Origin: Pseudomonadota bacterium
Lineage (GTDB): Bacteria > Pseudomonadota > Alphaproteobacteria > Rhodobacterales > Rhodobacteraceae
Assembly (NCBI GenBank): GCA_039191495.1
Contig: JBCCXN010000015.1
Span: forward strand, 45,968 to 109,967
Reading direction: 5' to 3'
DNA length: 64,000 nucleotides
Shown here: in pieces, positions 48,112 through 57,069 of the stretch
How the letters are laid out: the number at the start of each line of letters is the position of its first letter
Numbering within the stretch: position 1 is the stretch's first letter
Program-made: the position numbers and the translations under genes
The notes under the pieces: generated by a model
Told to the model about the DNA's origin: nothing
The model's database searches: none
Seen by the model: only the letters and a program-made list of their open reading frames with translations

Positions 48112-49341
48112 TCAACCCAGTATCTCGACGACTTGACCAAACGCTGGCGTCGGATGTTCGGCTCTCGGCGTGGCCCAGATCACCGGGGCATTGGGGTTCG
48201 GCCCCATTGGTCCGGCCATGTCGGACAGGATCACCACAACGGACGGATGCTGTTGCCTGGCACGTTCCAGAACATCAACAAATGACGTGCCGCCGTCGCG
48301 GGTGAAACGCCGCTCTGTCAGTGTTTTGCGCATCTCGACCGCGGATACCACGCGTTCTTCGTAAACGGCTTCATCAAACCACATCACATGGACCTCCGCG
48401 CCGGTTTTGGATGCGATGCCAACGAGTTCGCCGGCAAACAGAGACATTGTCGTCTCCGTCACCGATCCGGATGTATCCAGTCCGACAACAATGCGCGGTT
48501 GCAGCGACTGGCGCATCAGTGCAGGGTCATAAACGGGCTCGGGGCCGCCAGAATGACGTGCGGCACTATCGGCCGCAATCCAGGCGGAGCGCGGCCTGCG
48601 GTCGCTGCGTCGCGGGATGTTCTGAAGGTTGCGGGCGAGGAGTTTTCGTAAAATCCGCTCCCACGGGACACGGCCTGCAAATATCTCGGCCAGTTGCCCA
48701 AGCAAAAACCCAATTCCACGACCAGCTGCTCCTCCGGCTTGTGCTGCACGGATCAGGCGCGCGCGCCAGACCAGAGCATCTTCAGCGACGCGATCATCAT
48801 GCGAGTGAGGAAATATGTCCGCTTGAAAACCATGAATTGCAGCGTAATCGCGGGCCGAGGCGGCGACATCCTCTTCTCGTCTGGCAAGGCAATGGTAGAG
48901 CCTTTCGATCTCCCATGCGGCTGGTTCTTTACCTATGTCTGTCGTCACATCGAAATCTACCGCATTCGTCAACTCGGCAAGCAGCACAGCTGGTCGCGGC
49001 AGCGCAATGTCCGCACGGTCAAGGCAGGTGTTGATGATACAGTCGGCAGCCAAGTTGAACAGGTCGGGGGCAAACCGGTGACCCAAGCGCGCCTGCAGGT
49101 CAATCAACGCGGTTTCGTGCCGAAGCGCCACGTGAAGAACATGATGCCCAAGGACGCCAATTTGCTCGCGAAGGGGCAGGGCGGTGAAGCTATCGGCGAT
49201 ATGTATGACGTCGCCCGACACGCATGTATGCGGGCCATCGCCGTCTTTTATTGTACACCACAGGGCGAGGCTGGCCAGGCTCGGATCTGTTTCGGGCAAA
49301 TGGGCCAGAGCCATGGCGGCTCTGCGTGACCGGTGCCGCAT
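48112..49341 (-). CDS. VWA-domain protein with N-terminal zincin-like module (DUF2201-type), HHxxH variant
   Basis: N-terminal LGHHVLHVALRHE...NLAADCIIN (DUF2201_N-like). C-terminal VWA fold with MIDAS-type VVGLDTSGS and ...GGTSF...VVVILSDM. Confidence 0.8.
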   Translation of the reverse strand: MRHRSRRAAMALAHLPETDPSLASLALWCTIKDGDGPHTCVSGDVIHIADSFTALPLREQIGVLGHHVLHVALRHETALIDLQARLGHRFAPDLFNLAADCIINTCLDRADIALPRPAVLLAELTNAVDFDVTTDIGKEPAAWEIERLYHCLARREEDVAASARDYAAIHGFQADIFPHSHDDRVAEDALVWRARLIRAAQAGGAAGRGIGFLLGQLAEIFAGRVPWERILRKLLARNLQNIPRRSDRRPRSAWIAADSAARHSGGPEPVYDPALMRQSLQPRIVVGLDTSGSVTETTMSLFAGELVGIASKTGAEVHVMWFDEAVYEERVVSAVEMRKTLTERRFTRDGGTSFVDVLERARQQHPSVVVILSDMAGPMGPNPNAPVIWATPRAEHPTPAFGQVVEILG

Positions 49342-49344
49342 CTG

Positions 49345-50463
49345 CTACTCAAGCCCCAGCGTCTGACGATCGGCTGCATAGCGACGATAGGCGTCGGATT
49401 GCGCAAAGGCGTTAGCAAACCCGTCACGAAGCGCCTTTTGCATCAGAACCTCGAAACCGAATGCACTTAACTCAGCCAACGGGAATTGCGCAAACACCTC
49501 CGTTTCACGCTCGGTGTCGAGATGTCTGATCTGCTCCATCACTTCGATCACCTTTTTTGCGGTGTCGCCATCCGCGGTACCCACAAGCCCGAACACTATG
49601 GCGTTCAACGCGTTCATACTGTCCGGAAAAAGGGCAATGCGCTCCTTGTAGCTGGCTTGCAGAAGTTCGGGAATGTGCACGGCAGTTTCAACTTCTTCGG
49701 CGACGCTCAGAAACTCCGCGCCGACAGCATCCCCTAAGGTGCCGTAGATCATCGCAGTGCGAGCTGGCCAGTCAAAAACCGCGTTCAGGATCGTGCTGGT
49801 TTTTTCCCATGCACGTGGCGTGCAGGCAATCATTTGACCGTTGCGCAACGCATCCTCGGTTGTATCCAGAAGGTCCGGTCGCGCACGTAGGAAAGCGGTC
49901 ACTGCAGGATGGAGCCCCTTTGGCGCGGCATAATTCTCCAACCAATCGCGCGCATTCGGTTGCAAATGCAGATGAATGAGACGGTCTGACAGGGCGGTGC
50001 CCATCTCGTAGGCGATGGCGCCATCCTCGACCGTATTGCCGGCTGCAAGGATCATAACGCTTTTTGGCAGCACGTGTTGACCAACCCGACGTTCCTGCAA
50101 AAGCCCATAGACAGTGGGTTGCAGATAGGGCGAGGCTGCGGTCAACTCGTCCAGAAACAGGATGGCGGGCGTTTCGGGATCGTCCGGCAGATCCTCAGGT
50201 CGGTACCAGACCGTCTTGCGAGCGGCGTGATCATAGTACGGCAGCCCACGCAAATCCTGAGGTTCGATCGTTGTCAGCCGCAGATCAAACAGTCGCGCAC
50301 CGATGCTATCGGCAAGCTGCTGAACGATCTGCGATTTGCCAACGCCGGGGCGTCCGTGCAGCATCCAGGACCCGGTGAGCTTATCAGCCTCCTGCGCGCG
50401 CCAGGCTTCTTTCAGCACCGCAAGCGCCGCGCCTGCGGAAAGAACTTGTGCGTTGACGCTCAT
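49345..50463 (-). CDS. MoxR-type AAA+ ATPase (AAA_5-like)
   Basis: Walker A HGRPGVGKS, Walker B AILFLDELT, sensor region ILAAGN. 3-nt gap to the VWA gene and ATGA overlap with the upstream gene. Confidence 0.85.
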   Translation of the reverse strand: MSVNAQVLSAGAALAVLKEAWRAQEADKLTGSWMLHGRPGVGKSQIVQQLADSIGARLFDLRLTTIEPQDLRGLPYYDHAARKTVWYRPEDLPDDPETPAILFLDELTAASPYLQPTVYGLLQERRVGQHVLPKSVMILAAGNTVEDGAIAYEMGTALSDRLIHLHLQPNARDWLENYAAPKGLHPAVTAFLRARPDLLDTTEDALRNGQMIACTPRAWEKTSTILNAVFDWPARTAMIYGTLGDAVGAEFLSVAEEVETAVHIPELLQASYKERIALFPDSMNALNAIVFGLVGTADGDTAKKVIEVMEQIRHLDTERETEVFAQFPLAELSAFGFEVLMQKALRDGFANAFAQSDAYRRYAADRQTLGLE

Positions 50464-51146
50464 GAAGTGGCTCCAAACGCGATGTCAGATTTGGGAGCCA
50501 CGTTCATCAAAGCGCTCACCCTCGCGTGCGCGGATATTTCTTGTGCTTCCAGAACGACGCTTCGCAGCATTTGTTTTTGCCGCAGTCCGACAAGCTGGAG
50601 GCTGTCCTCGGTCAACGTTTTGTCAAAAAGCAATTTGGTTATCAGGTCCCGTTCTGTGGCATCCAGATCGAGAACTTCCGGCGCAGCACTGGCCAGTTGC
50701 ACCGAAACCAAAGTCAGAGGCGCAATACGGGCCAGCTCGGATTGTTCCAAAACAAGGTGCACCGTTCCTCTTTTGAGCCCTTTGCGCGCAATGATGCGTG
50801 TCAAAACGCGCCTTGCGTTAAAGGCCAAAGCATCTTCTGTGCGCGCCACATCCTCGTCGCTGATGAGACCTTCGCGCTTGTTCAAAGGAATGCTGAGCAC
50901 GCGCGTTTCCACAATCGCGATTACAATGAGCATAGGGATAGGGGCTTGAGAGATCGGCAAAGCCAAGTGCGGCCAGACAAACATTGCGATGACAAATGGG
51001 GTCAGGGCACCCAAATATCGCAGCACTTGCACTTCGAAGAGAAGCCGAAAGACTGTTCCGACACGTGCGCCTCTGCGTGGAATGATCGAAATCCGCCCTA
51101 TCATCCTTTTGGGCACAGTGCGGGTTTCAAGCGCGCGGCGATTCAT
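50460..51146 (-). CDS. hypothetical 2-TM membrane protein, first gene of the MoxR/VWA operon
   Basis: Two hydrophobic helices (VFRLLFEVQVLRYLGALTPFVIAMFVW; PIPMLIVIAIVETRVL), then a soluble tail of about 150 aa. Start ambiguous among ATGs at 51104, 51146, 51173 and 51206. The track ORF to 51611 overlaps the divergent gene and is rejected. Confidence 0.55.
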   Translation of the reverse strand: MNRRALETRTVPKRMIGRISIIPRRGARVGTVFRLLFEVQVLRYLGALTPFVIAMFVWPHLALPISQAPIPMLIVIAIVETRVLSIPLNKREGLISDEDVARTEDALAFNARRVLTRIIARKGLKRGTVHLVLEQSELARIAPLTLVSVQLASAAPEVLDLDATERDLITKLLFDKTLTEDSLQLVGLRQKQMLRSVVLEAQEISAHARVSALMNVAPKSDIAFGATS

Positions 51147-51254
51147 AAGTGTGGACGGACAGACAATGAACATGGTGTTTGGAAAACTAGCGCGGGGTAG
51201 CACCATCGTCGAGACGCCCGCGACGGCTGGTCTCAGCAGGCACAGTTTACCGCT

Positions 51255-52745
51255 ATGACCGCCCGTTGGGCACGGCCCTTGCAAATCCTGAAAGCAGCAT
51301 TTTGGAGTGTTACATGCCTTGCGGTTCTTGGCAGTTTGTACGTTCTTGAGCGGGAACGGCGGACGGTAGAGACATCCGTCGTGTCGACAGAGACAGGACC
51401 GTTGTCGATCTATGTGCCGAAACGGGCGGACCCCGGTCCTTTGGTACTGGTCACCCATGGGTTCGCCGGATCGCGCCAGATGATGCAGTATATTTCGCGC
51501 GATCTGGCGCGCGGCGGCTTTGCCGTGGCCAGCATGGATTTCGCAGGGCAGGGCCGCAGCACCGCGCGCATGTCTTCCGATGTCACGCGTATAGAAGGAA
51601 CGACCGAACAACTGATGCGCCAGACCCTTTCAGCCGTTGATTTGATTGAGGCAACCATTGGACGACCGGTCGAGGCGTTGGTCGGGCACTCCATGGCCAC
51701 CGACATCGTCATCCGCGCATCGGAGAAACTGCCAGAGGTCGCCGGCATTGTTGCTATCTCAATGTACTCGGAGAAGGTCAGCGCCGATTTTCCGTCGCGC
51801 TTGCTGATCCTGTCCGGCGAATGGGAAACCCGTTTGCGTGTTTTTGGACGTTCAGCGATTGCCCAGATCGATCCCGAGGCGCGCGAAGGACAAACCGTGC
51901 GGCAAGGAGATGTGGTACGTCGCGCCGTCTCGGTGCCGCGGACGGAACATGTCGCTGTCCTGTTTTCGCCCGTGACGCTGGAGGAAACCCATGTCTGGAT
52001 TTCAGATGCACTAAACCGGTCATATTCAGGCACCGCGTGGGGTATGGGCGTGCCGATAGCCGTGGTTCTGGTTGGTCTGATCGTGCTTTTCTGGCCAGTG
52101 ACGCGCGGCCTTGGTCCCATAGTACCTCCCCCACGCGCGCTGAGTTTAAGGGCATTTCTTGCGGCTACTCTTTTTCCCGTCATACCCGCACTGGCGGCCA
52201 GTGTTTTTTTGGGCGGTAGTCTGGCTGGCAGCGCCGCATTTGGTGGTTTGTTTGCGTTCCTGCTTGTCTGGAGCGGCGTTGCCTGGGCGGTACTGTGGCG
52301 CGTCGGTTACCGTCCACATGTTCCGCATGTGCTGGGCGTTGCGGTTCTTGTCATCTGGGGGTTTGTCGTATTTGCGCTCGCGCTGGATCGGTATGCTGCG
52401 GCGTTTGTCCCGGCGGGATCGCGTCTTGAGCTGATGGTCATATTCTTGACCGCCACGGTTCCCTTTATGGCGGCAGACAGGGCTTTGGTCGCGGGTGCGC
52501 CGGTTTGGCGACGGCTGGTCAGCCGGGCCATGCCCGTGGCCGCCCTGCTGAGTGCGATGTTGATTGATATCCCGCGCATGGGATTGCTGTTTACCGTCTT
52601 GCCGGTGCTGGTCCTGTTTTTCGCCGTCTACGGGACAATGGGCCGCGCCGTGGCGCGTCGCACAAACCCTGAGACGGCGGCGCTTGGGCTTGGCGTGATC
52701 CTTGCCTGGTCGATCGCGGCAAGCACGCCTCTTTTCGTCGGATAA
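51255..52745 (+). CDS. alpha/beta-hydrolase fused to a C-terminal polytopic membrane domain
   Basis: N-terminal anchor, LVLVTHGFAGS and nucleophile-elbow-like VGHSMA, then about 7 hydrophobic segments from about residue 260 to the end. Confidence 0.7.
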   Translation: MTARWARPLQILKAAFWSVTCLAVLGSLYVLERERRTVETSVVSTETGPLSIYVPKRADPGPLVLVTHGFAGSRQMMQYISRDLARGGFAVASMDFAGQGRSTARMSSDVTRIEGTTEQLMRQTLSAVDLIEATIGRPVEALVGHSMATDIVIRASEKLPEVAGIVAISMYSEKVSADFPSRLLILSGEWETRLRVFGRSAIAQIDPEAREGQTVRQGDVVRRAVSVPRTEHVAVLFSPVTLEETHVWISDALNRSYSGTAWGMGVPIAVVLVGLIVLFWPVTRGLGPIVPPPRALSLRAFLAATLFPVIPALAASVFLGGSLAGSAAFGGLFAFLLVWSGVAWAVLWRVGYRPHVPHVLGVAVLVIWGFVVFALALDRYAAAFVPAGSRLELMVIFLTATVPFMAADRALVAGAPVWRRLVSRAMPVAALLSAMLIDIPRMGLLFTVLPVLVLFFAVYGTMGRAVARRTNPETAALGLGVILAWSIAASTPLFVG

Positions 52746-52752
52746 ACGGACC

Positions 52753-54864
52753 TCAACTTTCAAGAGCGGCTTGCAGGATTGCATCAGGGTCAAACGGCAT
52801 TTGCCGCAACCGAATTCCTGTTGCCGAAAAGATGGCGTTTGCAATGGCTGCAACTGTGGGCGGCGGGCTGGCTTCTCCCGCGCCGACCGATGACGCAGAT
52901 CTGTCCTCAATCACCTGAATGTCGATCCTTGGAACGTTATTGAAACGCAAGACAGGATAGCTGTCCCAGTCGAGGCTTTCCCGTCCATCCGGACCCCAAC
53001 GCAGCCGTTCGTACAAGGCCCAGCTCGCGCCCTGCAGCACGCCGCCTTCGAGTTGCGCCCGCAAACCGTCTGGATCAACCACGCGACCTGCGTCGGCGAC
53101 AAGACACACGTGCTCGAGCTTCACGTCTCCCTTGTCACTCATGGCAAGATCGACAGCAAGGCCGACGCGCGTCATCGCATTTTTGTACTGCGCATAGGCG
53201 ATCCCACGCGCGCAGTTTGGCGCAGGACCTTCGGCTGTCATCTGCTCCAGTCGCGTCAGAACCGCCCGACCTCTCGGATCCGACAAATGGTCGAGACGAA
53301 ATTCAATCGGATCCACTTTAGCTTTTTGCGCCAATTCGTCCATCATGCTTTCGATGGCAAAAATATTGGTTGTTGCGCCAAGACACCTTAGTGCTGAAGG
53401 TCGGATGGGGCCATCCGGAACAAGCGATTTAACCAGGTGGGTTTCGCGAATATCGTAGATCGGCTCCAGATTGCGATGCAGCCCGGCATGCCGGTTCATA
53501 TTCGGTTCTGGTTGAAGTCGCGGAATATCGGTGCTGCGGGCGCAATTGGCAGCGAGCCGCGCGGCCCCGGCGCGGTTCGGGCCCGGGCGGGGGCGTCCGC
53601 GATGCGTGTCGCCACGCGTCTCCATCCAGAGTGATGATATACCCCCCAACGCGTTGCACTGCGCGCGCATGGAGACGGACATGGCCGGGCCGGCGGGCGC
53701 GCGACCGTTTTCATCTGAGCGGCTGTATTTCAGTAGAACAGGACGCCCGGGCAAAGCGCATGCTATAAGCGCCGCTTCAAATGCTGCGTCATCCGCGGCA
53801 TTGTGACCGTAGCAGCCCGCACCGGGGAGATGTTCAACCACGATGGTGTCGGGCTCCATTCCCAGGCTGTCCGCGATACTGTCTCGCAAAAAGAAAATGC
53901 CCTGACTGTGCGTTTTTATACGCAGCGTTCCCGCTTTAAATTCGGCCATTGCTGCTGAGGGCCCAAGGGGTCCGTGCAGCGTATAAGGACGTGCGAAATC
54001 GGCAGAATACGTTGCAGCGGCAGGCGGGTCACTGACGACAGCGGACAGGCTCGGTGATCCGTCAATGACCGCGAGCCGCTGCGCCTTTTTGCTTCTGAGG
54101 TTTTTGAAAGTGTCACCCGTTGGCAAGGCCGTGTCGGCTTTCCAGGAGCATGCACGTTGCAGACGCTCTGCGGCTTTGACGACCGACCACTCTGAGGCGC
54201 CCGCGATGGCGAGAAAGGAACTGTCCTTTACAATTTTCAGCCCGGCACCCTTCGCTGATGCCAGGGCTTGCTCGTCGCAGTCTTCAAGACGTGCATCCAA
54301 AACCGGAGGCCGTACGATCCGCGCGTGCAACATGCCTGGCCGCTCCAAGTCGTGAACGTATTGAAACGTCCCGGCCACCATGCCTTCGAGGCCGCGTTGG
54401 GGCAGGTCGGCGGTCGCAAGCGTTGAAATGCGAACCGGAGCCGTCTGATCGACACGCAAATTCTCAGGTGCCTGCGCCAGCAATTCAATCAAGTGCAAGC
54501 GACGTCCACTATTGGACGTACTAAGCCAGCCGTCGGACAGCTCAATCTGTTCAGGTTTCGCGTTGAGGAGGCGCGCGCCGGCGCGCACGGCAAAGTCTCT
54601 TGCGGTCGCGCAGGCGCGGCGCTGTGCAGCGCCCGACTGCTGGATCGAGTTGCTGCCCGAAGTGATGCCCTCATCCGGGCTCCGATCCGTCCTGACCGGA
54701 GCGACATCAATCGATGAGAGTGGGAGCGTCAGCTCTTCTGCAGCAATGCGCATCAAGGCAGTGGAAATGCGCTGGCCAATATCAACCTTGCCAGTAAGAA
54801 GTTCAATCCGGTTGCCTTTGGCAATCAGCCAGTCACGCACAAACGGGTAGCGTTCGAGGCTCAT
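52753..54864 (-). CDS. molybdopterin-dependent hydroxylase large subunit (IorB / aldehyde-oxidase-like)
   Basis: Start at MSLERYPF (ATG 54864, ATGA overlap with the 2Fe-2S subunit). 703 aa with xanthine-dehydrogenase-family a/b-hammerhead and MoCo-binding-like segments. No Tat signal. Confidence 0.8.
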   Translation of the reverse strand: MSLERYPFVRDWLIAKGNRIELLTGKVDIGQRISTALMRIAAEELTLPLSSIDVAPVRTDRSPDEGITSGSNSIQQSGAAQRRACATARDFAVRAGARLLNAKPEQIELSDGWLSTSNSGRRLHLIELLAQAPENLRVDQTAPVRISTLATADLPQRGLEGMVAGTFQYVHDLERPGMLHARIVRPPVLDARLEDCDEQALASAKGAGLKIVKDSSFLAIAGASEWSVVKAAERLQRACSWKADTALPTGDTFKNLRSKKAQRLAVIDGSPSLSAVVSDPPAAATYSADFARPYTLHGPLGPSAAMAEFKAGTLRIKTHSQGIFFLRDSIADSLGMEPDTIVVEHLPGAGCYGHNAADDAAFEAALIACALPGRPVLLKYSRSDENGRAPAGPAMSVSMRAQCNALGGISSLWMETRGDTHRGRPRPGPNRAGAARLAANCARSTDIPRLQPEPNMNRHAGLHRNLEPIYDIRETHLVKSLVPDGPIRPSALRCLGATTNIFAIESMMDELAQKAKVDPIEFRLDHLSDPRGRAVLTRLEQMTAEGPAPNCARGIAYAQYKNAMTRVGLAVDLAMSDKGDVKLEHVCLVADAGRVVDPDGLRAQLEGGVLQGASWALYERLRWGPDGRESLDWDSYPVLRFNNVPRIDIQVIEDRSASSVGAGEASPPPTVAAIANAIFSATGIRLRQMPFDPDAILQAALES

Positions 54865-55322
54865 ACCTCCTGTTCCAATACCTCCGCGGCGGCAGACAGA
54901 ACGCGTGGGTGGCTGCCGCAACGGCACAGATATTCAGACAAGGCCATCTTGAGAGCGTTTCGATCCCGTTTTCCGGTGTTTTCGAGTTTCAATGCAGTGA
55001 CTGCCACCACAAGGCCGGCTGTGCAGTAGCCGCATTGGGCTGCACGATGCGCGATAAAGGCTTCTTGCACTTGGCGCCCGGCCGGTATTTGCGAGACACC
55101 TTCGACCGTGACAATATCGCTGTCGGAAAAGGACGACGCGGGCGTGACACAACTGAACGTGGCTTGGCCGTCTACCAATACGGCACAGGCGCCGCATTGT
55201 TCCAGCCCGCATCCGATTTTCGTGCCCTTGAGTTTGAGCTCGTTGCGCAGCACATAGACCAACGGTGTGTCCGGGTCGGACTTGATTTCCTGCAACTCTC
55301 CGTTGACCTGCAGGCTTAGCAT
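54861..55322 (-). CDS. (2Fe-2S)-binding small subunit of molybdenum hydroxylase (IorA-like)
   Basis: GCGLEQCGACAV and QCGYCTAG cluster motifs. Start at MLSLQVNG (ATG 55322). Confidence 0.88.
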   Translation of the reverse strand: MLSLQVNGELQEIKSDPDTPLVYVLRNELKLKGTKIGCGLEQCGACAVLVDGQATFSCVTPASSFSDSDIVTVEGVSQIPAGRQVQEAFIAHRAAQCGYCTAGLVVAVTALKLENTGKRDRNALKMALSEYLCRCGSHPRVLSAAAEVLEQEV

Positions 55323-55804
55323 GGAGCGACTTTTTCCCATGTTACATTGAGCGAGACGTCAGCGGAGGAAAAGAGATTCATCACAGGGCAACGAAACTCT
55401 ACATTGCGTCGCAGCCGCGCTAGACGCTCATCGCTCTCGTCCGTATGAACGCGAATGCGCATCCGGACCGAGTTGAAATAGGGTCGCACACCTTGTACGC
55501 CGCGACTGCCGCGCTGGTCGACCTCGCCGTCTGCTTCAATATCGACGGCTGTATAATCGAACCTCATCGCTTCGGCGCAGCGGTTAATGATGACCCCCTC
55601 GCAACCGCAAAGCGACGACAGCGTCATTTCCAGGGGTGTCGGTCCAGTATTGCTTTCTTTTTCATCAGTGATCACAATATGATCCCGCACCATCATAACG
55701 CTGCGCGTTGAGGCTTCGTTGCGCATACTGACACGGCGTATACCTAAGGCCTTTCGATTTGGATCGACGCTTGGTGGCAAAAGATCGTCGGGGGCAGTGT
55801 TCAT
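55316..55804 (-). CDS. OsmC/Ohr-family protein
   Basis: GPTPLEMTLSSLCGCEG and FRCPVMNL, the two conserved Cys regions of OsmC-like proteins. ATGA overlap upstream. Confidence 0.75.
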   Translation of the reverse strand: MNTAPDDLLPPSVDPNRKALGIRRVSMRNEASTRSVMMVRDHIVITDEKESNTGPTPLEMTLSSLCGCEGVIINRCAEAMRFDYTAVDIEADGEVDQRGSRGVQGVRPYFNSVRMRIRVHTDESDERLARLRRNVEFRCPVMNLFSSADVSLNVTWEKVAPC

Positions 55805-57069
55805 ATGTCCAACTCCAGTATGTCCAGACCGCTGACGCGGTCGAGCAGGTAGATGCGGCCTCTGTCATCCACGTCCACATCATTCGATTGAGGGGCCAGT
55901 CCGTCCGCGCTACGCTCCGGCATGAAGTATGCAACTTCCTGTGGCAGCAGCGGATTGGCCAGATCCAGCACCCGTAGTCCACCGGCAAACCATGTCGCAA
56001 AGACAAGCGTGCTGTCGAGCCTTTCGCGGAATTGGTGTGCGCCAAACCGCACTCCCGCCTCGCCTACGAAAGGGCAGGCCCGCTCTGACAAATCCCACGC
56101 CGCCACGGGTTCCATGGCATTCAGATCGGTCACGTCCATGACCCAGATGAACCCGTGCAGCCGTCCCGGAACATGGGCATGCTCTTCATCAATAGCTACC
56201 GCGTAGCGTCGCGCATTGATCAACTGTTCCAAAGGCATAACGGTATGCGTGGGCTCTGGGATCGCGGTGGGCCAGATATAGCTGCCGACTTGATTCAAAT
56301 TGGCCATATCCCCGCAATCGAGCACGCGCAGCCCGGCGTGCCAGACGGCTGCCCACAGCTCGTCTCCACACCGCATCGCATGATGCAGCCGGTGGCTGTA
56401 GCCGATGCCCGTGGGGGTTTCGCCAGCAGCGACATGCTGGCCGGGCATGTGCCACCGCGATACCTCGCGGGGCGCCGTTGGGTCTGCCAGGTCATAGATG
56501 ACAAGAATGTTGCCGACATAGCCCTCCATCTCTGTGGAGATATAGGCGAAACGCGCATCCATATCGAACCGGTGCGTGCCGAACCCATGCGTTTTGACGT
56601 ATGAGAGTAATTTGGGTGCTGATTTGTCCGATATATCCCACACGCGGAATCCGCCGCATTCGTAGCCGCGATCGCGTGCCGCATCGAGGTCGGGAATGTC
56701 TGTGACTGCGACGCCAAGATACTCTACGATCTCTTCATCGGATTTATTGGCGGCACGCAGATCCGGAATTTTATCCCCTTTGCGCAGAAAATGCCGGCGA
56801 TCCTGTTCCACGTTCGTGACCATCAGGTCGCCCGCGACGCGCACCTTGTGCGTATGAGACCATTCAGGTGGATCGATATGGGCAATCACACGCATGTCCG
56901 TCGGGTTTGATATATCGATGATCGACGTGCCGTGCGGCGGTTTCATGTGCCCGACGTACGCAAAATCGCCCTCCACAACGACCTGCCCTCCCCCCGGAAT
57001 TTCGAGGCGACCAAGGTGCCGGATGTTCTTGGACAGCGGGATGTCGTATTCGACTTTCATTGTTGTCAT
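55801..57069 (-). CDS. LVIVD-repeat beta-propeller protein
   Basis: Repeated hydrophobic-x-(V/I)-x-D-(I/L/V)-(S/A)-(N/D)-P units (SIIDISNPTDMRV, FRVWDISDKSAPKL, ILVIYDLADPTAPREV, LRVLDLANPLLPQEV, GLDILELD). Confidence 0.65.
   Translation of the reverse strand: MTTMKVEYDIPLSKNIRHLGRLEIPGGGQVVVEGDFAYVGHMKPPHGTSIIDISNPTDMRVIAHIDPPEWSHTHKVRVAGDLMVTNVEQDRRHFLRKGDKIPDLRAANKSDEEIVEYLGVAVTDIPDLDAARDRGYECGGFRVWDISDKSAPKLLSYVKTHGFGTHRFDMDARFAYISTEMEGYVGNILVIYDLADPTAPREVSRWHMPGQHVAAGETPTGIGYSHRLHHAMRCGDELWAAVWHAGLRVLDCGDMANLNQVGSYIWPTAIPEPTHTVMPLEQLINARRYAVAIDEEHAHVPGRLHGFIWVMDVTDLNAMEPVAAWDLSERACPFVGEAGVRFGAHQFRERLDSTLVFATWFAGGLRVLDLANPLLPQEVAYFMPERSADGLAPQSNDVDVDDRGRIYLLDRVSGLDILELDI

Noticed and set aside
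43953-48112. Searched the islet borders for direct repeats, att-like sites, integrase or transposase remnants
   Set aside because: None were seen by eye. The islet is called only on composition and gene content, not as a mobile element.
51207-51611. Upstream extension of the 2-TM gene ORF (track 50460..51611)
   Set aside because: It would overlap the divergent alpha/beta-hydrolase gene by up to 357 nt. The extension has no hydrophobic or conserved-looking features, and internal ATGs at 51104-51206 give a sensible product.
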